Shown: positions 9,377-18,902 of the stretch, piece after piece
Layout: the number at the start of each line of letters is the position of its first letter
Numbering within the stretch: position 1 is the first letter of the stretch
From: Gemmatimonadota bacterium
GTDB taxonomy: Bacteria > Latescibacterota > UBA2968
Length of the DNA stretch: 64,000 bases
Direction of reading: 5' to 3'
Assembly: GCA_002727195.1 (NCBI GenBank)
Contig: PBWH01000005.1
Coordinates: 529,285-593,284 of the forward strand
The notes under the pieces: generated by a model
The model's input: the letters and a program-made list of their open reading frames with translations, nothing else
Database searches by the model: none
What the model was told of the DNA's origin: nothing
Translations under genes and position numbers: made by a program

Positions 9377-11179
9377 TTATAACCCATCCAGCTCCTCAGC
9401 CAGATGCTGTCGCCGGAACATCTCCGCGTAAATCCCATCCTGCGCCACCAGACGATCGTGATCCCCCTCTTCCACGATCCTTCCCTCATCCATAACCACG
9501 ATATGATCCGCATCCTTCACAGTCGAGATCCGGTGCGCGATCAGAATCGTCGTCCGTTCCGCCATGATGTCCCGCAGGCCACCTAGGATCGCCTCTTCCG
9601 TCCGTGTATCCACACTTGCCATTGAATCATCCAGGATCAGAATCTTCGGCTCCCGGATCACCGCTCGGGCCAGCGCCGCCCGCTGCCTCTGCCCACCGGA
9701 CAAGGTCACCCCACGCTCTCCGACGATCGTCTGGATCCCGTTTGGCATGATTTCCAGATCCTGAACCAGTTGAGAAGTCTCCGTCGCACGGTCGACACGT
9801 TCGTTCCGTGCATCAGCACTTTCATTGACCTCCGCCACCCCCAAGGACACATTCTCACGGATCGTGTCGGAGAACAGGAACGTATCCTGCGGCACGTAAC
9901 CGACAAGGCTCCGGATCGTCGCGATCGGGATATCCTCGATCGGCTCACCGTCGATCAGCACCTCGCCCTGCGTCGCGTGAATCAAACGTGGGATCAACCG
10001 CGCCAGTGTCGACTTCCCGGATCCGACCCGACCGACAATGGCTAACGTGGAACCTGCCGGAACCTTGACCGACACATCCTCGAGCACCGGGCTCCCATCA
10101 TACGTGAACGCCACGCTCCGGAACTCGATCTCCCCCCGGAACCGACTCGCATCATCGGTCGTATCAAGCACCTGCGGTTTCTCTCGCGTCACACCCTCGA
10201 TCCTGCTCAACGAAGCGACAGCGCGCTGATGCTCGTCCACCATGCGGCCCAACATCATCATCGGCCGGCTCATCCGGATCAGATACGCGTTGAACGCGAC
10301 AAACGCGCCGAGCGACAGCGTCCCCTCGATCACACGCAGACCGCCCAGCCACAGGATCACCACCATCGACACACCGTTCAGCAGGAAGGTGAACGGGTAG
10401 AACAGACTGCGAAGGTTGATCAGCCGACGGTTCCGCTCGACGTAGTCATCATTCAACAGCGAGAACTTGTCGATCTCCAGAAGCCGGCGTGAGAAAGCCT
10501 TCACCACCCGCATCCCAGACAGGTTCTCCTGGATACAGCTGCTCATCACACCGAACTGTTCCTGCACGCTTCGGTAGCCTCGCCGCATCCGGCCGGCCAT
10601 CATCCGTGCGCTCAGCACCATCACCGGCATCGGAATCAAGGACAGCACCGCCAGATACCAGTCGATCGTGCACATCAGGGCAAGACTGAGGAAAAACGTG
10701 AGGATCCCCGTCAGGGACATCCGGAAGGCGTGGTGGAGAAACCGCTGAATGGCCTCGACATCATTCGTGGCGTGGGCCAGCAGGTCACCGACCTGTCGGG
10801 TGTTGAAAAAGGAGAGCGGCAGCTTCACGAGATGGTGAACATACATCGCCCTTACGTCTCGTTCCACGTATCGGGATAAGGCAGTGAAGTTCCACCGCAT
10901 CCCGAAGTTGAAGCACCACTGGATGGTCCCGAGAACGGCGATCACGATCCCGTACCCTGCCAGGTCGCCCATCGGCGAACCGGTCCAGGTGGGCGGGAGG
11001 GTTTCCCCAAGCTGGCGAGCGTCAAGGTAGGCTTTTCCTTCGTCGATCGCCCACTTGAGGAGCATGGGGATCGCGGTCTGAATCGCCTGAACGGAGAGGA
11101 GAAAGAAAAGCCCTAAAACCACCATGCGGCGGTAGGGCTTGAGGTAACGCTGGAAGGGTTTCAGTGGGTTGAGTACCAT
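9377..11179 (-). CDS. ABC exporter, fused permease/ATPase (MdlA-like), partner half-transporter
   Basis: Walker A is GRVGSGKST, the signature is LSGGQRQ, and Walker B is ILILDDSMAS. The start is taken at the internal ATG (MVLNPLKPF, cat at 11177-11179). A 192-nt spacer separates it from the partner gene. Confidence 0.9.
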   Translation of the reverse strand: MVLNPLKPFQRYLKPYRRMVVLGLFFLLSVQAIQTAIPMLLKWAIDEGKAYLDARQLGETLPPTWTGSPMGDLAGYGIVIAVLGTIQWCFNFGMRWNFTALSRYVERDVRAMYVHHLVKLPLSFFNTRQVGDLLAHATNDVEAIQRFLHHAFRMSLTGILTFFLSLALMCTIDWYLAVLSLIPMPVMVLSARMMAGRMRRGYRSVQEQFGVMSSCIQENLSGMRVVKAFSRRLLEIDKFSLLNDDYVERNRRLINLRSLFYPFTFLLNGVSMVVILWLGGLRVIEGTLSLGAFVAFNAYLIRMSRPMMMLGRMVDEHQRAVASLSRIEGVTREKPQVLDTTDDASRFRGEIEFRSVAFTYDGSPVLEDVSVKVPAGSTLAIVGRVGSGKSTLARLIPRLIHATQGEVLIDGEPIEDIPIATIRSLVGYVPQDTFLFSDTIRENVSLGVAEVNESADARNERVDRATETSQLVQDLEIMPNGIQTIVGERGVTLSGGQRQRAALARAVIREPKILILDDSMASVDTRTEEAILGGLRDIMAERTTILIAHRISTVKDADHIVVMDEGRIVEEGDHDRLVAQDGIYAEMFRRQHLAEELDGL

Positions 11180-11280
11180 AGTGAGTAATTGCTCACATGT
11201 ATGCACTCAAACCGTTCAGAAGTCAAGACGGCGTATGAAGATATCCCTCGTTTGACGGTGAAAGTCGCACACCTTGAGGG

Positions 11281-11684
11281 TCAAGCAGGAGCCGTTGGAC
11301 CTTCTCCGATCACGGTTGTCCGATGCATCACGCATTTGTGCTTGGATCGGTCGAACGGACGCGCCCGATGCAGCACACATCGATTGTCCCACATGACCAC
11401 GTCGTCCTGTGCCCAGGCGTGCTCGAACGCGAACTGCGGCTGGGCGATCCGCGTAACGTGATCGCCTCCTCCGGACGGGTCGTTCACCAGCGTCGTTTTC
11501 AGTTCCCCGAATCGTTGACTGAAGGCCACCTGCTGTTCGTCATCAAGCGGCTGTCCGGCAGGACCAGGACCGAATGGTCCAGGAACGCCGTTCGGAGTGC
11601 TTCGAACGCGGCGCCATCCAAACTCTTCAGACGGATCCCAGTTACACGAGCGCCGAAAACCGGATGGATGGGCTCGATATCCAT
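11281..11684 (-). pseudogene. TauD/TfdA-family Fe(II)/2-oxoglutarate dioxygenase remnant
   Basis: The N-terminal piece is MDIEPIHPVFGARVTGIRLKSLDGAAFEALRTAFLDHSVLVL. After a frame change near 11530-11545 it continues QQVAFSQRFGEL. It then jumps directly to the C-terminal motif HAWAQDDVVMWDNRCVLHRA. The total is only about 135 codons against about 280 expected, which implies internal deletions. Confidence 0.6.
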
Positions 11685-12289
11685 GGGTTTCTCCTGAAAT
11701 GTGCTTCGAACTGTCTGTCCTTCAACAAAATACACAAGGTGCCTTGCACGCGGGACGGGAATCGACTAAGCTTGATAGTCGTCGCAGAGAAGTGAGCCAC
11801 TCCCCTTCCCCGTAACCCTGCGACGCGGGCGGGCACCCATATTCCTGCAACACCGCAAGCTCATGCATCTGTCAGAATCAAGACCGAACGATCAGCGTGC
11901 TTTTCTCGAAGCAGTCGTCCCGACGGCTTGGATCAAATCAACCTGTCCACCCGGCGACCACCCGGCTGTGAAGAAGCTCCTGGCCAGGGCCCAGTGGAAT
12001 ATCAAGGTCGAGCACGAGGTGCGACGCGTCCTGTCTAACGTCTCCACCGCGACCGACGACACAGACCTGATGTTCCCCTACATCTGACCGTATTCGCGAT
12101 TGCGTAGGGCCGGAAGGCACCTCAGGCATCATCCTGGACCTGTGCCGGACCCTTGACGCGCCCCCTGAACAGAACCTTTCATACCGGGGTGGCCTACATC
12201 ACCCTGCTTGAACAACGATTACACCCCGTCAGAGGAGCCATCGTGAGCATCTGGTTGTCGCATACGTAAGTGTGTCGAACGCAGAGTGA

Positions 12290-12481
12290 GCAATCGCTTT
12301 CTATGAGCAGGCGGTCGAAGCCGACGCGGAAGTCGACCTCCCTGTCGAGGATCTGTTCTACGGCTACCATTCGGGTCGGCTCAAGGAGGACCCCTTCGGC
12401 CACCTCTGGATCGTGTCCCAGAAACTGGAAGACCTGTCCGAAGAGGAAATGCAGAAACGCTGCAACGAACTCTTCACCTGA
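12290..12481 (+). pseudogene. VOC (glyoxalase / PhnB-like) family remnant
   Basis: The frame reads AIAFYEQAVEADAEV, then directly DLPVEDLFYGYHSGRLKEDPFGHLWIVSQKLEDLSEEEMQKRCNELFT and a stop. The N-terminal and C-terminal family motifs are juxtaposed, so the middle is missing. A TGA lies immediately upstream and there is no start codon. It is not in the ORF track. Confidence 0.45.
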
Positions 12482-12651
12482 AAACAACCATCAACCACGG
12501 ATAGCACGGAACACAGAGAAAAGACACAGCAGGACTGGGTCCTGCCGATGCCCGGGCCATCCTACTGCCAGGATTGTCTGGTCCGGCCCGCCCGCTTCCT
12601 CAGACCCTTCCGTGTTATCGGTGAATTCCGTGGTTCCCAGGTTCTAACGCT

Positions 12652-13116
12652 ATGAACTGGAAAGAAGACGGTGTCCGTGTCATCAAGGCATCGGAGACCG
12701 ATACCAACACGCTTCAGACCCCTGGGATGAACCGGGCAACCGCCATCAACAACGCGATAGCGGGCGCGAACAAGCTCTGGGCCGGAACCGTCGACATCCA
12801 TCCCGACGCCAAGACGGGCGCCCATCACCACGGTGAACTGGAAAGCGTGATCTATGTCGTCAGTGGAAAGGCGAGAATGAGGTGGGGTGAACAGCTGGAA
12901 TATGTGGCGGAAGCGGAAGCCGGCGACTTTATCTACGTTCCGCCGTTTGTCCCCCACCAGGAAATCAACGCCAGCAAAGACCAAGAACTCTCCTGTGTAC
13001 TCGTCCGCAGCGGCCAGGAACCGATCGTCGTCAACTTGGACATCGAACCCGTCGAGAACCCTCAGACGGTCTGGGTCGGCCCAAGCCATCCGAAGGTCAA
13101 ACCGAGTGACGAATGA
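12652..13116 (+). CDS. Cupin-2 domain protein
   Basis: Cupin metal motif GAHHHGELESVIYVVSG and a second motif GDFIYVPPFVPHQEIN. 154 aa. Confidence 0.7.
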   Translation: MNWKEDGVRVIKASETDTNTLQTPGMNRATAINNAIAGANKLWAGTVDIHPDAKTGAHHHGELESVIYVVSGKARMRWGEQLEYVAEAEAGDFIYVPPFVPHQEINASKDQELSCVLVRSGQEPIVVNLDIEPVENPQTVWVGPSHPKVKPSDE

Positions 13117-13241
13117 TGAGTACAAAAGCTTTCCCCTCAAAACTCAACATTCACTACTCGGTACTCGTCATTCGCTTTTCTTAAGGAACTCCTCCGCCGG
13201 AAGGGAAGGGCCACTGGCGCTCCGCCGCTCCCTGCTCCTGC

Positions 13242-14198
13242 TCAGGGTGCGGGGCCGAAGGGCGGTGGCGGCGCCTCCAGCGCGAGGGTATAGTCTCGCT
13301 CCTCCGGATGCGGATGACCGCCTTTCCCATAAGCTCCCGTCGCCTCCGACTCGTACTCCAACGGGACAAACGTCTCCTTGATTCCCTCATCGGAAACGTC
13401 GAACCGGTAGAACCCCAGATCGGGACACGAGTCCGGCCATTGCGTCGACCACTGCCGCATCGCGATCCCAGCACAACGATGGAACGTAATCCCATCGACA
13501 ACCTGCCCCGGTCGCCGACAGTGGATATGTCCGCTCGTCACGATGCTCACACCGGACGCTTTGAACGCATCGAAGATGCGGGACCGGTGCGGCTGGTCGA
13601 TCGAGAAATACCACTTCTTGTACTCTTCTTCCTTCGTGATATCCCAAGTCGGCTCGTCCAAGTCATCGACGAACAGCGTGTAGTGCATGTTCATCACGTG
13701 ATGATCCGCACGATCGAGCTTCGGCAGTTCATCTTCCAGCCACGCCCACATCCGTTCCTCGTGTGGCAGCCCTGACCCTGCCAGCGCCGCGTAGAATCCG
13801 CTGAACCGTACCTTCTTGTGCACAAACGACCACGGGAATTCACCAAAGAATTTCGCGAACCGATCCAGTGGGTCCGTAAGCACGTTGAGCCTCGCATCAT
13901 CGCGACCAGTCGCCCCGCCAACCGACGTATGTTTGTTGCCCGTATCCATGTTCCCCGGCAGCGCGTAGTAGGGATACGGCAACACATCCAGCTTCGCCTT
14001 CGCCTCCTCGAACTCAAAGTCGTGGATCGACCCGTCCCGCGTGAGGTCTCCTCCAACGATTAGGAGATCGACGTCGGTAATCTCCCCGAGCATCCGATAC
14101 GCGGTCATCCCATTCTCATGCTGCGCAGGATTCAGCCGGAACGACCGCCTCGATCCCGGCTGCAAGTCGCTAACGTGTAAAAACGACCACGGCTCCAT
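13242..14198 (-). CDS. Calcineurin-like metallophosphoesterase
   Basis: Motifs present: FLHVSDLQPG, VGGDLTRDG, LPGNMDTG, SGHIH. Confidence 0.75.
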   Translation of the reverse strand: MEPWSFLHVSDLQPGSRRSFRLNPAQHENGMTAYRMLGEITDVDLLIVGGDLTRDGSIHDFEFEEAKAKLDVLPYPYYALPGNMDTGNKHTSVGGATGRDDARLNVLTDPLDRFAKFFGEFPWSFVHKKVRFSGFYAALAGSGLPHEERMWAWLEDELPKLDRADHHVMNMHYTLFVDDLDEPTWDITKEEEYKKWYFSIDQPHRSRIFDAFKASGVSIVTSGHIHCRRPGQVVDGITFHRCAGIAMRQWSTQWPDSCPDLGFYRFDVSDEGIKETFVPLEYESEATGAYGKGGHPHPEERDYTLALEAPPPPFGPAP

Positions 14199-14280
14199 GT
14201 CCTATTCCTTTTGTTACCAGCCAATCTGCTGAGTTAGCGTCCTTGCAAATTCCCAACTCGTGGTGGATGGAGAACGGCAC

Positions 14281-14353
14281 CGTCATCCTGAGCGCGAGTC
14301 GAAGGGCGGCCAAGTTACACCGACCGACACTTCGACTCACGCTCAGCGTGACG
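14281..14353. repeat. REP-like element, family A, as a long inverted repeat
   Basis: cgtcatcctgagcgcgagtcgaag (14281-14304) pairs with cttcgactcacgctcagcgtgacg (14330-14353), with 22 of 24 positions complementary. Confidence 0.7.
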
Positions 14354-14384
14354 GTGCCTTAGGAAAGTTAGACGTGACTGATCC

Positions 14385-15569
14385 CTACATTCCCCAAATC
14401 TTGATCTCTTGTGGCTTCTTCCGCCGCTCACCAATCCACGCCTCATCGATCTCAATCCCGAACCCCGGCGCATCACTCGGCACCAGATACCCGTCCGTGA
14501 TCACCGCCGTCCCGGGCAGCCGCACCATATCCTCGAGCGGCACACCTGGCGCCGCCACCCCATCCGACCGCTCTCCCCACGTCGTCCCGCTCGTCCCGTA
14601 GATCAGGTGCTGGGCATACGGCCAGTTCATCCCCCCGTGCGGAATCGACTGAATCCCGTTCGCTTCGGCAATTTGCGCGATGCGTAGTTGCGACGTCAAA
14701 CCACCGCACCACAGCGTATCCGCCTGAAAGATGTCGACCAGCTTGCGCTCGGCTGCCACCGCGAACGTGGGCGGCAGATACCAGTGCTCACCCGTCGCCA
14801 GTCCCTGCCACGGGATCCGCTTCCGAACGTCCCCGAACCCGTTCATCTCCTCCGGCAACAGGTAGTCCTCGATCCACCGCAACCCATACGGCCGTAGCCG
14901 TTCGGCTAACTTCACGGTATAGTCGACGTCGAGCGCCAGCCAGCAATCCAGCATCAACTCCGCGTGATCGCCGATCTTCTCACGCGCCTCGGCTACCAGC
15001 TTCTCCGCTTCATTCAGCCCGGCCACCCCGTCAATCGGCCCGTGCGTCATCGGCAGCTTGAACGCCTGGAATCCCAACTCCTGATACCAGTCGATATCGA
15101 ACCCAGTCGCATAGCAGAAGATCCGCTCCTTCTGCGGCCCACCGATCAACTCGTATACGGGCCTCTCAAGCAGCTTCCCCTTCAGGTCCCACAACGCCAG
15201 GTCGACGGCACTGATCGCATAGCTCGCCAGTCCCACGCTCCCATAGGGCGCACTGATCCGCATCATCACATCAAAATGACGCTCCGTCGCAAAACAGCTT
15301 TCCCCCACAAGGTGCTCGGCAAAGTGCTCGTTGATGATTGGACACACAGGCCCACTGAACCCCCCGACCCCAAACCCGAACTTCCCATCCTCCGCCGTAA
15401 TCACACATCCCACGTTCGGCCAGTTCGCCATCCAAGACGACCGCTTCCCTTGATACTTAGGATACCGCGCCATCGGCGACGCCGGCTGTCTCCCCTCATT
15501 CTGATATACTTGCCGCTGCACCTTCGGCGAGAGATCAACCGGAAACGCCTCTATAGATTTGATCCTCAT
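14385..15569 (-). CDS. Enolase-superfamily acid-sugar dehydratase, L-rhamnonate dehydratase-like
   Basis: Mandelate racemase/muconate-lactonizing N- and C-domain motifs are present (AISAVDLALWDLKGKLLERPVYELIGG, LMLDCW, WIEDYL, ATGEHW, FQADTLWCGG). It is homologous along its full length to the paralog at 28063..29232. Confidence 0.8.
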   Translation of the reverse strand: MRIKSIEAFPVDLSPKVQRQVYQNEGRQPASPMARYPKYQGKRSSWMANWPNVGCVITAEDGKFGFGVGGFSGPVCPIINEHFAEHLVGESCFATERHFDVMMRISAPYGSVGLASYAISAVDLALWDLKGKLLERPVYELIGGPQKERIFCYATGFDIDWYQELGFQAFKLPMTHGPIDGVAGLNEAEKLVAEAREKIGDHAELMLDCWLALDVDYTVKLAERLRPYGLRWIEDYLLPEEMNGFGDVRKRIPWQGLATGEHWYLPPTFAVAAERKLVDIFQADTLWCGGLTSQLRIAQIAEANGIQSIPHGGMNWPYAQHLIYGTSGTTWGERSDGVAAPGVPLEDMVRLPGTAVITDGYLVPSDAPGFGIEIDEAWIGERRKKPQEIKIWGM

Positions 15570-15785
15570 ATCAGCTCAAGAGCTTCAAATGTTGTTTACC
15601 ACGCCTGGGCTCACGTGTCCCGACTGGCAAAGGTAGCTGCCAGGTCGGAAGATCCTACTAAGGAAGAATTCCATCCGTACCGCCCTGATCGAGGCGCGTA
15701 GCAAAGCGTTCCTGGACCTCGAATTGATCTGTGTTTATCCGTATCCATCTAGCGAGCCGCAGGCGAGCGGGTGGTTGCCTTTGAC

Positions 15786-16970
15786 TTACCGCCTTTGATG
15801 CGGCGCCACGTAATCCTCCGTCAAACCCGGCAGCGTATCATAATCCCCCACCTCCACCAGATACATATTCGCATACGACGTCAGATCCGAACTGTAGAGC
15901 ACATACTTCCCATCCGGCGTAAACCGTGGATGACAGTGCGCATACTGATCGTTGAACGTACTCCGGTGATACGACAAGATTTTCGGCCCCACATACTGCT
16001 CGCCGTCCCACTTAAACAGCTGGATATACGGCTTCGCATCCGACGCGAAACAGTTGGTCCCGTCACCGACCATCATCGTGTGATCGAAGCTCTGGAAGTG
16101 TGTTGAGTGGAACGGGAAGCTCACCTCGACGTGATCCTCGTTGTTCCACTTGATGTGACCGAAGACGTGCTCGCCACTGTTGTCACGGGGCCGGCCGTGA
16201 TACCCGATCGTCTCCCCGTCGGCGAACCAGTATTCGTGGCCGACACTGTAATCGCCGTGCTGCTCACGGATCTTCCACGCTTCCTTCGTTTGAATATTCA
16301 GCCCCCAGATCCGCTGATCGATCCGATGCCACGGTCCCTCGTGACAGAAGGTCATGATGTCCGGCTGAGTCGGTGACGTGTTGATATGTCCCATACTGCG
16401 ATGGTCCTCGTGAACAACCTCCCAATCGCCATTCTCGACGTTCACTTTGAAGATCAGCGCGTGCGGCTTCCGCGCAAAGTTCTGCACGAAAGACGAGTAC
16501 GAGTACGAGATCGTCTTCTTCCCAGTATCCGGCAAGGGCTCCGTCACGATCGAACAAACATACTTCCCGTCAGCTGTCGGATTGGCCCGGCCGCCCGGTG
16601 GGTACGGCGTACCCACCTCCGATACCACGCGCTCTTCCAGGCTGTCCAGCTTCAATTCCATCAACCGGCGCCCTACGAAGTAGTAAACCGCGTTATTCAC
16701 CTGGCTCACACATCCACCCGGCCGACCCTTCGACTTCAGGTCCGTCATCTGCGTGATCTTGTGATCGTCCAGGTCGTAGCGGAACATATTCCCCTCGTTC
16801 TCCCGCTGCGACGTGAACACAAACGATCGGTCGTTGTTGAACCAGCACGGATCCGTAAAGTAGAAGTGGTTCGAGTGTCCAAGATAGTCGGTCAGCCGGA
16901 TCACCTTTCGTCCGCTGCACGGATCCTCATACTCGAATACGGGATCCTCGTAAATTCTTCCTTTGCCCAT
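15786..16970 (-). CDS. ogl: Oligogalacturonide lyase (PL22-like)
   Basis: Several blocks match my recollection of Dickeya Ogl: the N-terminal RLTDYLGHSNHFYF, then FCHEGPW, MMVGDGT and HCHPRFTPDGKYVLYSSD. 394 aa with no signal peptide. Confidence 0.75.
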   Translation of the reverse strand: MGKGRIYEDPVFEYEDPCSGRKVIRLTDYLGHSNHFYFTDPCWFNNDRSFVFTSQRENEGNMFRYDLDDHKITQMTDLKSKGRPGGCVSQVNNAVYYFVGRRLMELKLDSLEERVVSEVGTPYPPGGRANPTADGKYVCSIVTEPLPDTGKKTISYSYSSFVQNFARKPHALIFKVNVENGDWEVVHEDHRSMGHINTSPTQPDIMTFCHEGPWHRIDQRIWGLNIQTKEAWKIREQHGDYSVGHEYWFADGETIGYHGRPRDNSGEHVFGHIKWNNEDHVEVSFPFHSTHFQSFDHTMMVGDGTNCFASDAKPYIQLFKWDGEQYVGPKILSYHRSTFNDQYAHCHPRFTPDGKYVLYSSDLTSYANMYLVEVGDYDTLPGLTEDYVAPHQRR

Positions 16971-16982
16971 CTGATTGTCTCC

Positions 16983-17020
16983 GTGTCATCCTTCGCGAAG
17001 CGAAGGACCCCTTTGGGTCC
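16983..17020. repeat. REP-like element, family A
   Basis: gtgtcatccttcgcgaagcgaaggacccctttgggtcc. It lies 12 nt from the ogl start codon (16970, minus strand). Confidence 0.6.
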
Positions 17021-17066
17021 TGCACCGCCGCTCGTTTCACTGCCGCAATCTTCACATCTTCTTTCG

Positions 17067-17448
17067 TCACATCTTAAATGCTTCTAGATCAACTTCCACA
17101 ATCGTTGGCACATCCCTATCGAATGCCTGCCCAACAGCCTGCTTCAGCCCATCCACATCCACCACCAGATCACTGGCAACACCAAAGCTTTTTGCCAAAA
17201 GCTGGAAGTCGGGATTGTCCAGTTTCACCGCCACATGCCGTCCCTCACACTGGCGATCCTGCACCCGCTTGATCGCCGAGTAACAGTTGTCGTTGAACAA
17301 CACGATCGGCAGACCGAGTCCTTCCTGCTTCGCGGTCTGGACTTCCTGTGCCGTGAACATGAACCCGCCGTCCCCGCTCGCGCCGACCTTCGCGTCGCTC
17401 AGATTCGCCAGTTCCTGAATCTCGATGGGCGTCTTCTACGTCGCCATC
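17067..17448 (-). pseudogene. Thiamine-diphosphate enzyme (acetolactate synthase-like) C-terminal fragment
   Basis: Only the TPP-binding C-terminal module is present (GDGGFMFTAQEVQTAKQEGLGLPIVLFNDNCYSAIK). An in-frame TAG lies 24 codons upstream of GDGG. There are no N-terminal or central domains anywhere nearby. Confidence 0.55.
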
Positions 17449-17709
17449 CTCATCGCCCGACTGATCGGTTTTCCCAACGGTGACCAACAGTCGAAATAGC
17501 GTATCGCGGAGAGGATACTCACCATTCATCCCGAGTACCCGAAGCCGCATCTAGATGCAGCGACGGGTATATCGAGGCACCGGGTCGTAGAACCTGCCGT
17601 AGACGAGAACCCTCTGCCGCTAGCGGGTCTGCCCTGCCAGTAGCCTTGGCGAAGGCGGGATCAGATGAGAGCTTGCTATTTTCCCTTCTTCTCTATTCAC
17701 ATCCTCTAT

Positions 17710-18804
17710 TCATTTCCCCGCCCGCATCACCTCCGCCAACCGCTCTGCGACAATTGGCGCTTCCCCCGGCTCCATCATATAGGGCATAAACTCCACACCG
17801 GTCTCGTGCGTGAAAACCTCGATCCGCGGTTCACCGTCCGACAACGCCTGCTGGGCCTGCTCAGGCGTCAGCTCCACTCGCGTGGCGTTCCACCCCACCT
17901 TGAGAATCGGCGCGACATTCGATCGCCCCGGCTGCTGGGTCTCCCGGGTAATCGTCGGAACGTGGGTCACTGCGTTCCAGATCTCGTCGAGCCATCCCTC
18001 CCACATCTTCCACTCGGCCTTATGGTCACGCTCAGCCCATTTCTCGACTGCCGCCAACAGCCCCATGACCTCTTCCTTGCCTGCCTTCATCGGCCGGCCG
18101 ATCGAATGATGGGGCGCACCGTGCATAAAAGCCGTCCACAGCAAATCCCGTCTGCCCAGTAAGAGCCCGGAGGCCTGAGGCCCACGCAGACACTTCCCGC
18201 CACTATACGCGACGACATCCGCGCCCTCTTCGAGATACCGGTTCGGCACATCCGGCCGCTCGGCCGCAGCGTCCACAAACACGGGGATGCCTTCCCGCTT
18301 CCCGATCGCAGCCATCTCCGCCACCGACACGTCACCCCGATCGGCCGCGTCGCCGAACACCGCCAGCATCGCCGTCTGCTCACCGACAGCCGCTTCCATC
18401 TCCTCCAGAGTATCCACCTCGATGATCTGCGCGCCCGTCATCCGGATCGCGTGATTGTAGACGTGCTGATGTTTCTTCTGCAGCACGACCTCGTTCTTGA
18501 GTCCAGTTGTATCCGGCAGCTGCCTGATCCCCTCCGGATCATCCCCCGCCATGCAGGCGCTTGTCACCTGACAGATCGCCGCCGCGCATCCATTGGTCAC
18601 CAAGCCGAACTCACACTGCATGATCTCGGAAATCCGTTCACCCACCTTTTCCATCAGTTCATCAAGGTGCACGTATCGTTTCGACGCCTCATCCATCGCC
18701 GCCTTCACCTCCGGCAGCGAAACAGACCCGCTGATTATGGTATACGTCCCACGACAGTTGATCAGCGGCCTGACCCCGATCGATTCATACGTTGGTATGT
18801 TCAT
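17710..18804 (-). CDS. SelA-like PLP-dependent enzyme (DgaE / selenocysteine-synthase-related fold), function unknown
   Basis: 364 aa. The PLP-lysine context YSGGKCLRGPQASGLLLG parallels SGDKLLGGPQ of SelA-family proteins. It lacks the long SelA N-terminal domain. Confidence 0.65.
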   Translation of the reverse strand: MNIPTYESIGVRPLINCRGTYTIISGSVSLPEVKAAMDEASKRYVHLDELMEKVGERISEIMQCEFGLVTNGCAAAICQVTSACMAGDDPEGIRQLPDTTGLKNEVVLQKKHQHVYNHAIRMTGAQIIEVDTLEEMEAAVGEQTAMLAVFGDAADRGDVSVAEMAAIGKREGIPVFVDAAAERPDVPNRYLEEGADVVAYSGGKCLRGPQASGLLLGRRDLLWTAFMHGAPHHSIGRPMKAGKEEVMGLLAAVEKWAERDHKAEWKMWEGWLDEIWNAVTHVPTITRETQQPGRSNVAPILKVGWNATRVELTPEQAQQALSDGEPRIEVFTHETGVEFMPYMMEPGEAPIVAERLAEVMRAGK

Positions 18805-18806
18805 AT

Positions 18807-18843
18807 GTCATCCTGAGCGCAGCGAAGGATCCCTATGGGATCT
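18807..18843. repeat. REP-like element, family A
   Basis: gtcatcctgagcgcagcgaaggatccctatgggatct. It begins 2 nt from the start codon of the SelA-like gene (18804, minus strand). Confidence 0.65.
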
Positions 18844-18902
18844 CCAGTTTGTCCGAGTTCTCCGGTCTTCAATCCTCGATCTTCGATCGTTCATGAGCTC
18901 TC

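Noticed and set aside
11863-12087. The 74-aa ORF in the 11740-12190 gap as a real gene.
   Set aside because: It has no recognisable motif and no RBS. It lies between two gene remnants in a region that looks like decayed sequence. This is not enough to call it.
17710-18804. The SelA-like gene as evidence for a selenocysteine system.
   Set aside because: It is shorter than bona fide SelA and lacks its N-terminal domain. No selB, selD or tRNA-Sec lies nearby. The fold family includes non-selenium enzymes such as DgaE, and the sugar-catabolic context fits those better.
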